From: an uncultured Streptosporangiaceae bacterium
Lineage (GTDB): Bacteria; Actinomycetota; Actinomycetes; Streptosporangiales; Streptosporangiaceae
Reading direction: 5' to 3'
NCBI GenBank assembly: GCA_964581815.1
Contig: CAZORE010000010.1
Span: 34,385-98,384 of the forward strand
DNA length: 64,000 nt
Part shown: positions 9,936 through 19,393 of the stretch, in pieces
Numbering within the stretch: the first letter of the stretch is position 1
Layout: every line of letters starts with the position of its first letter
Notes under the pieces: model-generated
The model's input: only the letters and a program-made list of their open reading frames with translations
The model's database searches: none
Told to the model about the DNA's origin: nothing
Position numbers and translations under genes: made by a program

Positions 9936-10609
9936 TTTTCCACAGGTAGTTTTCCACAGCGTTCTTCACAGGCAATCTGTTGCCCACAGGGAGTGCGCTT
10001 TTCCACAGCGATCCGCCCGGCGGCGCGCCTTCACGCAGAAGGCGCATCGCCGGGCGGTGCTGTGTACCGCTGCGCGCGCCGCGCGAGCTCGGGGTCAAGC
10101 GCGCTGACCATCTGCCACAGGGCGGCTATCCGGGTGGCGAGCTCGGCCTCGCCTGCCTCGCTGCGGATGGCACGGGCATCGCTTTCTAGCTGGTCAATCG
10201 CTATCGCGATGCGGTCGATCTCGTCCCCCGTGTTCGAACGCACAGGCGAATGATAGCCGGCCCAGGCCGAGGGGAACGGCTGTTCCGCGGTGCTGCGGGC
10301 GTACCGTCGCGCCCGTCCGGCGCGGGTTCCGCGTGCCTGTGGAGAGCTGCCCGATTCGTTCTGTAGCTGGGGAAAAGCTTCGGGCGCCCCCCCGCTCGCA
10401 TCAGTTTTCCACAGGCAATCTGATGCGGCCTGTGTATTTTACTGTGGATAACCCGGCAAAAAACACGGCCGACTTTTTCTCCTGCACAGCCAGTGGATTA
10501 CGTCTGTGCAGGTCCCAGGCCGCTACGACGAGCACTCTCGCAGACTGTCCACAAGGTATCCACCAGCTACGCACAACCTGGCCACAGGTTCTCAACAACC
10601 TTGTCCACA
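9936..10609. promoter_or_regulatory. DnaA-box cluster between rplI and dnaB
   Basis: TTATCCACA (minus, 10443-10451), TTGTCCACA (10601-10609), CTGTCCACA (10545-10553), four TTTTCCACA (9936, 9950, 9999, 10405) and several weaker boxes. Confidence 0.8.
10031..10243 (-). CDS. Small helical hypothetical protein (70 aa), probably leaderless
   Basis: Amphipathic sequence EIDRIAIAIDQLE...LATRIAALWQMVSALDPELARRAQRY; TATCAT (10255-10250, minus) 6 nt before the GTG. Confidence 0.6.
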   Translation of the reverse strand: MRSNTGDEIDRIAIAIDQLESDARAIRSEAGEAELATRIAALWQMVSALDPELARRAQRYTAPPGDAPSA

Positions 10610-10756
10610 GTCCGTGTTGGCACGGAGGCCAGGGGATCGGCACAATGTCAGAGCCGCCGATGACAGGCCCCTTTGACGGACGTCGATCGTCAGACCCCTT
10701 TGGTAGAACGGAGTCGACGCTTGGGTGGGGCGTTACGCGTGGGGAGGAGGCGTCCA

Positions 10757-12109
10757 GTGAGCGTTACCGAGTTGCCGCAGCGCGGCGACGAATTCGAGCG
10801 GATGCCGCCGCACGACGTCGCGGCCGAGCAGTGCGTGCTGGGCGGCATGCTGCTGTCGAAGGACGCGATCTCCGACGTCATCGAGGTGATCAGGCCCACC
10901 GATCACTACCGGCCGGCCCATCAGCTCGTGCACGAGGCCATCCTCGACCTGTATGCGCGCGGCGAGCCTGCCGACCCGATCACTGTCGCCAACGAGCTCA
11001 CCAGGCGAGGCGAGCTCACCCGCATCGGCGGCGCTCCCTACCTGCACACGCTCATCGCTTCGGTACCCACCGCGGCCAACGCCGGGTACTACGCGCGGAT
11101 CGTCAGGGAGCGGGCCATCCTGCGGCGGCTGGTGGAGGCTGGCACGCGGATCGTCCAGTTCGGCTACGCCGGCGACGGTGACGCCGATGAGCTCGTCGAC
11201 CGGGCGCAGGCCGAGGTCTACGCGGTCACCGACCGCCGCATCGCGGAGGACTACCACCCGCTGTCCGAGATCATGCCCGCCGCTCTCGAGGAGATCGAGG
11301 CGATCGGCGCGCACGGCGGCGGCATCAGCGGCGTCCCCACGGGCTTCGCCGACCTGGACGCCCTCACCAACGGCCTGCACGCCGGCCAGATGGTCGTCAT
11401 CGCGGCCCGCCCCGCCGTCGGCAAGAGCGCACTCGCACTCGACTTCGCGCGGTCGGCGACGATCAGGCACGGCCTCCCCACCGTGGTCTTCTCGCTGGAG
11501 ATGGGGCGGAACGAGATCACGATGCGGCTGCTGTCGGCCGAGGCGCGGGTGCCGATGCACGTGATGCGGACCGGCCAGATGAGCGACGATGACTGGGGCC
11601 GGCTCGCCAAGCGAATGAGCGAGGTCGCGGACGCGCCGCTGTTCATCGACGACTCGCCGAACATGTCGCTCATGGAGATCAGGGCCAAGTGCCGACGGCT
11701 CAAGCAGCGCCACGACCTCAAGCTCGTCATCATCGACTACCTGCAGCTGATGTCCTCGCCCAAGCGGACCGAGAGCCGACAGCAGGAGGTCTCCGAGATG
11801 TCCCGGTCGCTCAAGCTGCTGGCCAAGGAGCTTGAGGTGCCCGTGGTGGCGCTCTCCCAGCTGAACCGGGGGCCCGAGCAGCGCCAGGACAAAAAGCCGA
11901 TGTTGTCCGATTTGCGCGAATCGGGTTCTATCGAACAAGATGCGGATGTTGTCATACTTTTGCATAGAGAAGATGCATATGAGCGGGAATCGCCCCGGGC
12001 CGGTGAAGCGGACCTGATCGTCGCCAAGCACAGGAACGGGCCGACCGCGACGGTCACGGTGGCGTTCCAGGGGCACTACAGCCGCTTCGTCGACATGGCC
12101 CCAGGCTGA
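10757..12109 (+). CDS. dnaB: Replicative DNA helicase, intein-free allele
   Basis: PPHDVAAEQCVLGGML, AARPAVGKS (Walker A), FSLEM, IDYLQLM, LSQLNR, DLRESGSIEQDAD, IVAKHRNGPT; GGAGGAGG RBS before GTG 10757. Confidence 0.97.
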   Translation: MSVTELPQRGDEFERMPPHDVAAEQCVLGGMLLSKDAISDVIEVIRPTDHYRPAHQLVHEAILDLYARGEPADPITVANELTRRGELTRIGGAPYLHTLIASVPTAANAGYYARIVRERAILRRLVEAGTRIVQFGYAGDGDADELVDRAQAEVYAVTDRRIAEDYHPLSEIMPAALEEIEAIGAHGGGISGVPTGFADLDALTNGLHAGQMVVIAARPAVGKSALALDFARSATIRHGLPTVVFSLEMGRNEITMRLLSAEARVPMHVMRTGQMSDDDWGRLAKRMSEVADAPLFIDDSPNMSLMEIRAKCRRLKQRHDLKLVIIDYLQLMSSPKRTESRQQEVSEMSRSLKLLAKELEVPVVALSQLNRGPEQRQDKKPMLSDLRESGSIEQDADVVILLHREDAYERESPRAGEADLIVAKHRNGPTATVTVAFQGHYSRFVDMAPG

Positions 12110-12117
12110 CGGCTGTT

Positions 12118-12193
12118 TGTAGGTTCTCATCACAGTTGGCCAACGTCTCATCGATCTGGCCAACAGATGGCCAATTGGCCAGATCGATGAGAC
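12118..12193. repeat. dnaB-proximal transposon end: terminal IR plus inverted pair of 19-bp sites
   Basis: Terminal site 12118-12142; GTCTCATCGATCTGGCCAA (12145-12163) and its perfect reverse complement (12175-12193). Confidence 0.85.
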
Positions 12194-12249
12194 ACCAGGT
12201 GGCCAGTCTGGGCTGATGGGATGCTGGTGCGGAGGTTACGGGGGCGGCC

Positions 12250-13176
12250 GTGCTTCTGCGAGAGGGTCGAGCATTGCCGTATGACCGCTACCTGCCTGGC
12301 GAGGTCATGTTCTGGGACATCGATGACATCGCCGAGTCCCTCTCCTGGGATCCAGATCCGCTGACGCTGAGACTCCAGCTGAGGTCCCCCGACCCGTACA
12401 GCGGACGGCCAGTCCCGGCCTGCTGGGTGGTTTACACGCGGGGATTGTTCCTTGTGACGTGTGATCTGACCGGGTTCGCTGACATGGCCTGCCGTCACGG
12501 CCTGACCGTCGTTGCTTGCTCGGGTGGTGAGCTGGTGCTGCAGGAGGAGGGCTGCTCCAAGCAAACGGTCGTCCGCCTGCTGGATCGTGATCCGCCGCGA
12601 AACGCATCGCCGCGCTGGTGGCTAGAGCAGGAGGGCGATTGGATCAGCTGGTATAAGACGGAGGAGCGCAGGCGCCGGGACGCTGCTCTCCTTAAGGAGA
12701 CGCGGGTGACCGATGAACAGCATGCAGAGGTCGACGCCCTGATCGCCGAGGCTCGTGCGGCAGGCCGCTGGCTGGGCGGATATGAAGTGGCAGCGCGTTT
12801 CAGGCTGTCGCTTTACGGTGCCGAGCGTCTGCTGTGGGAACGCATGCCCCCGCCGCTTACGGACGATGAGGTCGCGGACGTGGTCCGCCGCCTGGCCCTT
12901 GCCGGCGGCGGCAGGGTCAGGGCGCAAGACGTGGTGCCGTTCGGGGCCGCGAGACCGCGTGCGGTCATAGCCGTGAGGCAGTACTACGGGCCGGACTTTT
13001 CGAAGCTCGAGCGCGACGAGCAGGGACGAGTGACGGGGCCGCAGGTCCTTGAGGCCTACGGCCTGTGTGCGGGCACGTTGTACTGGAGGGTCCGGCGCGG
13101 CAGCCTGAAAGTGGTCGGTAAGGCAGGCAGGGAGAGGCTGTTCGACTACGAGCAGGTCCGCGCGGTCCTAGGCTGA
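12250..13176 (+). CDS. Hypothetical protein with C-terminal MerR/excisionase-like HTH
   Basis: C-terminus VTGPQVLEAYGLCAGTLYWRVRRGSLKVVGKAGRERLFDYEQV fits an HTH_17-like pattern; the N-terminal part is not recognised. Confidence 0.6.
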   Translation: MLLREGRALPYDRYLPGEVMFWDIDDIAESLSWDPDPLTLRLQLRSPDPYSGRPVPACWVVYTRGLFLVTCDLTGFADMACRHGLTVVACSGGELVLQEEGCSKQTVVRLLDRDPPRNASPRWWLEQEGDWISWYKTEERRRRDAALLKETRVTDEQHAEVDALIAEARAAGRWLGGYEVAARFRLSLYGAERLLWERMPPPLTDDEVADVVRRLALAGGGRVRAQDVVPFGAARPRAVIAVRQYYGPDFSKLERDEQGRVTGPQVLEAYGLCAGTLYWRVRRGSLKVVGKAGRERLFDYEQVRAVLG

Positions 13177-13292
13177 CGGCTGAAGCGAGCTGGGTACGCG
13201 CGGCTCAAGGGGCCCCGGGCACACCTCGCTGGACCTGCCGGGTGGAGGGACTCCTCGATGCACCCGGGTGCACGCAGGGAACAAGAGGGCAG

Positions 13293-14840
13293 TCATGGAC
13301 GCGGGGACGGGCCTGGGGTCGCCGGAGTATGGTCGCGTGCGCTGCGGCGGAGGGTTCCCTGCCTGCTCGGGCTATTCCACCCGGCCAGCCGGCGGCTTAG
13401 ATCAGCGGGCGGAGACCGCCAGGCTGTCCCGGCTAGGCCTGCGGATTCCGGCTGCCAGGCGACCGGCTCGTCGATACGGTGACGCAGCAGCAGCCGTTCC
13501 GCTTCCAGGGCCACGTAGTCCGCGAGCCCGCTGGCCTCGTTGTCACGGAACGCGGCATACCGGGCGCGGTCAGGGTGATGCCACGGAGCCAGGCTTCCTT
13601 CGGAGAATCTGATGTCCCTGCCGGTCAGGGTTTCCCAGAGGAGCATTGTCACGTACCGGCGGCGGCGCGCGGTGAGTACGATGCCAGCGCCGCGGCAAGC
13701 CCTGCGGAGCCGGGTGGGTGTCAGGAGGCCGAGGTCACCGAAGACGTGCCGACGCCTGGCGTAGTCGATCGGCGGGGGGTGAGCGGTCAGCTCTTCCACG
13801 AGGGCGTCGATGCTTGCGAGCAGTTGCTCGAGGCGGCCCTGACTGTCAAGGCGGCGCAGGACCGAGGTGACTGTCGCGCCTGCCTGCCGGGGAAGGACGA
13901 GGCTGGCGGCGACGCGCTGCCACTCCTGGCGCGTGCCGCACCGCACGATCGCCATCGACAGGGTGACGGTGAGCATGCCGGTGTCCTGGTCTCCCTCGCG
14001 GGCCAGCGCGCTGGCGACGCTCTTCCACACAGCCTGAGGGACGAGCCGGGCGGAGACGGAAGCCAGCCGGCCCGGCGTGAAGGGCCAATCCGCTGCCGTG
14101 GTCCTGCCCGGGGGACGCCGGGGGACGGCGTTCCCGGTCCGGTAGGTAAGCATGTCGGCTGCGCTCATGTCGGCCGCGCGCCGCCAGAGGATGATGGCGT
14201 CGAGCACCGGCGACCCGGTTGCGCCCAGGTCCAGGTGCGTCGGCCACGGCGCCGAGTGCGGCCGTTGCCGGAACGGGAACGCCGGCGACGGTGACCTCGC
14301 CGGGAGCGGTGATGAGGTCGTTGAGCCACCGCTGGCAGGCGAGTAGCGGGTCCGAGGGGTCCAGGTCATGCGGCTCCTGCCCGGCCAGGGACGCGCCGCA
14401 CCGCGGAAGGCGCGGGCCGGCTTTTCCCGTGGCAGGCGCTGGGGCAGGGTGGCAGCAGCGCCGCGGGTCGATGAGGTGGTCGAGCCGGTTCTCGCCCGCC
14501 CGCGGGCGGCGGCCGCACGCGGCGCACGCGCAGGACATGAGCATGTCCAGTTCAGGTGCCAGGACAATGACCAGCGGCCGTCGTTCTCCGTAAGGCAGCG
14601 CGGGCAGAACCCGGACCCGGACGCCCGGGCCCACGTGCTGAACCGGCCGGCCGGAAACCCTCGCCCCGGAGCTCCTGCCAGACCCAGCGCGGCGTACCGC
14701 TCCAGGACCGCGCTGTCCAGCCGGCCGACGGCGGTCCCGGTCTGCCGCTCCAGGGAACGCAGCGCCTCATCGCCGATCCCGCGGATGAGGCCGTAGGGGG
14801 TGCGGGGGGCCGGCAGGCCGAGGGCCGGCACGAGTTCGCA
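13293..14840 (-). pseudogene. tniQ: TniQ/TnsD-like target selector, 5'-truncated, with two frameshifts (about 14530 and 14240)
   Basis: FCPRCLTENDGRWSLSWHLNWT (TniQ CxxC-W motif) continues in another frame as CAACGRRPR...CGASL...LLACQRWL, then returns to PPIDYARRR...EPVAWQP. Confidence 0.75.
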
Positions 14841-15102
14841 GTGCCTGGACCACGTCCTCGTGCTCGGCGAGCGGCATCTCCGCGAGGTCCTGGCCGGGTA
14901 CGCCCGGCACTATAACGGGCATCGTCCGCATCAGGGCCTGCAGCAGGAACCCCCACTGCGCCGACCCAGCGAGGCAGTCGATACCACCGCCAGTATCGAG
15001 AGCAGGAAGGTTCTCGGCGGCCTGATCAGCGAGTACAGCAGAGCGGCTTAGCAAGCGCGAAAACGCCGGTTCAGCGCCCATACGCGAGTTTGGCACGGCA
15101 CA
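14840..15102 (+). mobile_element. IS481-like integrase-core element, 3' fragment with one terminal end
   Basis: CLDHVLVLGERHLREVLAGYARHYNGHRPHQGL...VLGGLISEYSRAA* (stop 15051), then GAGTTTGGCACGGCACA ending in ACA at 15102. Confidence 0.7.
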
Positions 15103-15186
15103 CCCGTCCCCGGTCACCTGGACCAGCCCGGCCGCGTCGTCGAACGGGCCGGGTGTGACTGGCATTAGGTGATGGCCGTTCGGAAT

Positions 15187-16086
15187 CTACATCGGTCCGT
15201 TCAAGACATCGGCGATGAAGTGCACGATTCGTTCTGCCGCTCGCCGCTCTGGATCAAGGTCAGGGTTGTAGACGCCAAGGCTCCATCCGCGGGCGCCTCC
15301 GACTTGCAGCGCCGATGAGGCGATGGCGGTTAGCTCGGGCCACGACAGCCCGCCGGGCATTGCGTCGTCGCTAGCGGCTCCGCAGGCGCTGAACTCATGC
15401 CTGTCGAGCACATCCAGGTCGATGTGCAGCCACCATCCGGAAGCTTGTGATGTGACCTGCTCGGCGGCTTTGCGGCCGCCTCCTGCCGGATCGTCGTGGA
15501 GGTCAGCGGCGGTACGGAGCCGTACTCGGTCCGCGATCGTGGGGGCTGCGATTTCGCGGCGGTACAGGCCGTCGCGCATCCCCAGCATGGCGATTGCCTC
15601 CGGCCGCAGCACGCCCGCATGGCTGCGCAGTGGTTCCGGCGCTCGCTGGCCAGTCAGGCCCAGCAAGAAGGCTACCTCCATGTTGGCGGCCTCTCCGGTC
15701 GTGGAGGCTTCCATGGTCGTGGCATCTTCGTGGCCGTCGATGAAGACCAGGCCAGCCCCACCGAGAATGTCCGCAAGCGCAGGCACCGCTCCGAGGAGTA
15801 CTGCGCAGTCAGCGCCGTAGATCAGCGGAAACCGTCCTTGTGCCAGAGTAGCCCGGACCCGCGCATGAAGCCTGCCCACCATTTCCAGCAGCGCGCGCTC
15901 ATTCATGAACCCAGCGGGTCCACGTGCCGCAGTGGGCTCCGAGACGATGACATCCGGCGTCAAGCTCGCGCGATCCTGCAGGGCCGCCGCCAGGCCAGCA
16001 CCCCGTAGCGCGGCGGGAGCACTTGCTTGCCCGGCTAGCCGCCCCGAGCCATCGAAGCACACGCCAATAAGATCAATTGCGTCCAA
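15187..16086 (-). CDS. Arginase/ureohydrolase-family protein
   Basis: [30 protein letters not shown]. Start placed at TTG 16086 behind a GAAGGGA RBS; the ORF is open to 16353. Confidence 0.85.
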   Translation of the reverse strand: MDAIDLIGVCFDGSGRLAGQASAPAALRGAGLAAALQDRASLTPDVIVSEPTAARGPAGFMNERALLEMVGRLHARVRATLAQGRFPLIYGADCAVLLGAVPALADILGGAGLVFIDGHEDATTMEASTTGEAANMEVAFLLGLTGQRAPEPLRSHAGVLRPEAIAMLGMRDGLYRREIAAPTIADRVRLRTAADLHDDPAGGGRKAAEQVTSQASGWWLHIDLDVLDRHEFSACGAASDDAMPGGLSWPELTAIASSALQVGGARGWSLGVYNPDLDPERRAAERIVHFIADVLNGPM

Positions 16087-16195
16087 CCGTGGCGGTCCCT
16101 TCTCGGACCACTTGCTCGCCCTTGATTTCTCCCCGATCCTAACAATCGTGCAATCGACCGGCGGGTACGGGGGTATGTCGGGCTGGCTGACCCCG

Positions 16196-16561
16196 TCAGC
16201 GAAGGGGCCTGCGAGGGTCGGGAAGATAGACGGCTTCGAGCAGGTAGGCGTGGCCGGTCTCACGGCCCCACTGCGCGAGCGCGGTGTGCCCTTCGCGGGC
16301 AGGTACCCCGTCTCGGCCGGCCTGGAGATCTCGCTGGGAGTCCCACTGGGCATAGACGGCGGCGTGCGTGCCGTCGAGCCCTCGATGCAGGGACATGGAG
16401 CGGAAGCCGGGGCGACTGGTGAGTACGTGGATGCGCTCGTGCATGGTGGCCAGCCATCCGTCTACCTGGGCCTCGGCGGCCATCTCCCAGGTCTGAATGA
16501 AGCAGATCCCGCCGTCGGCCGGATCGAGGCGGGGCGCCGTTCCCGTGCGCTCGGCGGTCAT
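16196..16561 (-). CDS. Antibiotic-biosynthesis-monooxygenase (ABM) family protein
   Basis: [26 protein letters not shown]; start overlaps the upstream hydrolase stop. Confidence 0.75.
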   Translation of the reverse strand: MTAERTGTAPRLDPADGGICFIQTWEMAAEAQVDGWLATMHERIHVLTSRPGFRSMSLHRGLDGTHAAVYAQWDSQRDLQAGRDGVPAREGHTALAQWGRETGHAYLLEAVYLPDPRRPLR

Positions 16562-17451
16562 GGGGCCGCCGTCGAAGCCGCGGACGGCGATGTGAAGAAT
16601 CGGCGCAGCGTATCACCTAGCACGGCTGGCTGCTCCTCGGCCGGGTAGTGCCCGCACCGCTCGATGATCACCTCCTCCGAATGCGGCGCGACCTGGCGGA
16701 TGCTCGCGGCGACCAGGCCGCCGAGCCGCTGCCTGCCGCCGACAGACAGAACGGGACAGCCGGGAACGGGCAGGTCGCCGAAATCCCGGACGTCGTCAGC
16801 CAGGGTCCGGTAGTAACCGAATCCGGCTCGCATGGCCCCGGGAGCGGAGTAGCAGCGCGCATACTCATCCAGGTCAGCCGGGCCGATCGCGCCGGGAGAG
16901 TAAGCATGCTGGCGGTAGAAGTAGGCCAGGAACTCGCGCTCCCGGCCGGCGAGGAGCCACTCCGGCACGTCCAGCATCGTGGCCAGGCTCATCCACCAGG
17001 CGTGCTGCTGGCCGAGGCTGATATCGGCGAGCTCGGCCAGGCCGAAGCCGGGCAGCACGGTCTCGATCGCCGCAAAGTGCGACACCAGGCCGGGATACGC
17101 GGCGGTGAGGTAGTACCCGACGGCGCCACCCCAGTCATGCCCGGCAACGCGGGCCTGGCCGAGCCCGAGCTGATCGATGAGCGCGGCCATATCGGCCGCG
17201 ACGGTCCGCTTGTCGTAACCGCCCTCGGGCCGGTCGGAATCGCCGCAGCCGCGCATATCCACGGCCACGGTGGTGTATTGAGCCGCTAGTGCCGGGATGA
17301 CCCGCCGCCAGGCATAGCTGGTCTCCGGCCACCCGTGCAGCAGCAGGACCAGAGGTCCGTCACCGGCTGTCCGCAGGTGCAGCGAGATCCCGTTCACTGT
17401 CATCCGCTCGCTGCGCACGGCTGCCGGGCCGGCCGCCGCTGCGTCGGTCAC
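16558..17451 (-). CDS. Alpha/beta hydrolase (epoxide-hydrolase-like)
   Basis: LLLHGWPETSYAWR, DMRGCGDS, GHDWGG nucleophile elbow, CGHYPAEE; GTG 17451 overlaps the upstream stop. Confidence 0.9.
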   Translation of the reverse strand: MTDAAAAGPAAVRSERMTVNGISLHLRTAGDGPLVLLLHGWPETSYAWRRVIPALAAQYTTVAVDMRGCGDSDRPEGGYDKRTVAADMAALIDQLGLGQARVAGHDWGGAVGYYLTAAYPGLVSHFAAIETVLPGFGLAELADISLGQQHAWWMSLATMLDVPEWLLAGREREFLAYFYRQHAYSPGAIGPADLDEYARCYSAPGAMRAGFGYYRTLADDVRDFGDLPVPGCPVLSVGGRQRLGGLVAASIRQVAPHSEEVIIERCGHYPAEEQPAVLGDTLRRFFTSPSAASTAAP

Positions 17452-17777
17452 AGGGACCAATCGACGGGGTAGTTGACGATCGGGACAAAAGCAACGCCGG
17501 CCTTCTCGGCGGCGGCACGGGCATCGACGATCATCTCCTTCAGCGTGCTCATCTGCCGGGCATGCTCGTCGGATTGCCACAGGCTGACGTGGACCATCGA
17601 CCCGTCCGGGGAGGCGCCGGCGTAGTAGCTGATCAGGCCAGGCAGCTGCCGGATCGCAGGCGACAGGTAGCGGCCGGTCGCCGCGATCATGACCTGGATT
17701 TCACCGAACCGGGCCGGATCGAAGTCACCGCGGGAAATACGGACAACGGCTGCGGCTGGCAGCGGTGTCGTGGTCAT
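17448..17777 (-). CDS. Small dimeric alpha/beta-barrel (ABM-like) protein
   Basis: AIRQLPGLISYYAG...MVHVSLWQSDEHA pattern; first gene of a coupled operon divergent from a TetR. Confidence 0.6.
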   Translation of the reverse strand: MTTTPLPAAAVVRISRGDFDPARFGEIQVMIAATGRYLSPAIRQLPGLISYYAGASPDGSMVHVSLWQSDEHARQMSTLKEMIVDARAAAEKAGVAFVPIVNYPVDWSL

Positions 17778-17891
17778 GGGCTTGACCTTCCTCGTGCTAG
17801 ATTACGTTTCGATCCCCTATCGGAATTAATCCTACAGGAACTGGCCGCCGGAACGGCCGCAGGATGCAGGATGGTGAGCGTGTGCGCTGAG

Positions 17892-18518
17892 ATGAGCCGA
17901 CCCGCGGGCCGGCCCAGGAACCCGGGGCTGGACGCAGCCATCCTGGTCGCCGCTGAGCGTCAGCTCGGCGAACGCGGGTACGCGCGGATGTCGCTGGAAT
18001 CGGTAGCCGCCGCGGCGGGCACCACCGTGCCGACGGTCCGGCGCAGGTATCGCGGCAAGGCCGACCTGGCCGCAGCGGTCATCGGATCGCTGCGCGTCAC
18101 TAACCTGCCCGCGGGAGCGGCGACGCCGCGGGCTGACGCGCTGGCGATCCTGCGGAACTTTCAAGCCAACCTGGGACGGAAGGACGCCATGGCACTGGTC
18201 GGCAGCCTGCTCGCCGAGGAACGCCGGCACCCGGAGCTGCTGGAGATCTTCCGCGAGCGCCTTGCCGGGCCACGGCGGGCCAGCTTGCGCCAGGCGCTGG
18301 CGGACGGCGCAGCGGCCGGCCAGCTGCCCGCGTCCATCGACCTAGACGCGCTGGCCAGCATGCTGATCGGCTCCTTTTACGCCCGCTACCTGCTCAGCTC
18401 CGACCTGCCAGCCGACTGGGCAGAGCGCACCTTGCAGGCGGTCTGGCCGAACCCGCCGGCAGGTGCACGGGTTCCGCCGACCCGCCGCCTGGCTACGTGG
18501 CCCAATCGACCAAGTTAG
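17892..18518 (+). CDS. TetR/AcrR-family regulator
   Basis: GRPRNPGLDAAILVAA..LGERGYARMSLESVAAAAGTTVPTVRRRYRGKADL HTH. Alternative start at 17871. Confidence 0.9.
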   Translation: MSRPAGRPRNPGLDAAILVAAERQLGERGYARMSLESVAAAAGTTVPTVRRRYRGKADLAAAVIGSLRVTNLPAGAATPRADALAILRNFQANLGRKDAMALVGSLLAEERRHPELLEIFRERLAGPRRASLRQALADGAAAGQLPASIDLDALASMLIGSFYARYLLSSDLPADWAERTLQAVWPNPPAGARVPPTRRLATWPNRPS

Positions 18519-18780
18519 CGGCGCGCGTCAAGCCGGAACACACCACTGGCGCGGCCCGACGGTTTTACAGCTCGGCCCATCCGGGGCTAGTCGCGTTCGC
18601 GTGAAATCTTCGGCGCGTGCGGGCGGGGTTGGATGGTGGCGGGCTGCCCGTGACACCGGCAGGTTTGTGGGATCTGAGCCCGTTTTACAGCTTGGCGCCG
18701 GGACCTGACCTTTGAGGATTGCTTTCTGCTGCCGTGAGCGCGCTGGCCGGCCGGTGGCTTTGCCGCGTGCCCGCAAGGCT

Positions 18781-19160
18781 TCAGGCTCGGGTTACCATTC
18801 GCGCGAGGTTCTCGATGGACCGCTCCAGCGCCGCTGCCGGCGCGACGGGCCACGTTAGCCTGGCTCGCAGCTCGTCGCTGATCGCGTGCCAGTCGCAGTA
18901 GTTGGTCACATCGCAGGTGGTGTCGCCCACCGGTTCGATCTGCCAGCCGTAGACCCGCCCGCTGGGTGCCTTCCCGGCTAGCGCGGGAGCCCATTCGAGG
19001 AGGTGGTCCGGGACGATGCGGGTGACAGTGTTGAGGATCGTGTAATACCTGGGGAGGCTGCCGATGCCGGCGACGTCGCCGAGGGGCTGGCGATCCATCT
19101 CGATGTCGAAGGTGTCGCCGGCCGCCTTCAGCCGGTGGGCGCCGCCCACGTTCCGCAGCG
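18781..19160 (-). pseudogene. 5'-truncated SRPBCC/polyketide-cyclase-like gene
   Basis: GDTFDIEMDR...NTVTRIVPDHLLEWAP...GRVYGWQIEP...CDVTNYCDWHAI; the N-terminus is replaced by IS630 sequence. Confidence 0.55.
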
Positions 19161-19280
19161 CTGGCCTGCTCCTTGTGGCTGGCGTGGTCGGTGCCGCCGA
19201 GCGCGAAGTAGCGCAGGGCGGTGAACGGGGATGCGGTTTAACCAGGACGAATTCGTCGGCATGCAGGCGATTTCGACGCT
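19160..19280 (-). mobile_element. IS630-family transposase C-terminal fragment
   Basis: Minus strand reads VEIACMPTNSSWLNRI then, after a frameshift, FTALRYFALGGTDHASHKEQ. Confidence 0.7.
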
Positions 19281-19393
19281 TGAGAACGGCAGCCCGGCTC
19301 GCTGACCTCGTGGCACTGCCCGCCTGGTGTCCGGCAGGGACAGGTGCCCCGGTCCTTTGCTCCCGCATCGCCGGGATGCGATCTTCATGCCCG

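Noticed and set aside
9936-10609. oriC
   Set aside because: No dnaA or dnaN adjacent and no clear AT-rich unwinding element; treated as an extra-origin DnaA-box cluster.
10757-12109. Intein in dnaB
   Set aside because: The protein is 450 aa and continuous through RESGSIEQD, with no insertion.
12109-12117. Target-site duplication for the transposon
   Set aside because: The 5-bp flanks differ (CTGTT versus GCCGT). GCCGT is the reverse complement of ACGGC at 12109-12113, but 5 bp is too short to interpret.
12145-12193. 19-bp inverted repeat as a simple dnaB terminator
   Set aside because: The same sequence recurs three times at 20696-20799 with a matching TGT/ACA terminus, so transposon ends explain it better. 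It may still terminate transcription.
13259-13272. Palindrome TGCACCCGGGTGCA between convergent ORFs
   Set aside because: Short and GC-rich with no U-tract; cannot be distinguished from chance.
18562-18696. CRISPR mini-array or homing spacer of a CRISPR-associated transposon
   Set aside because: Only two 15-bp copies 120 bp apart, and no cas genes in the element or window.
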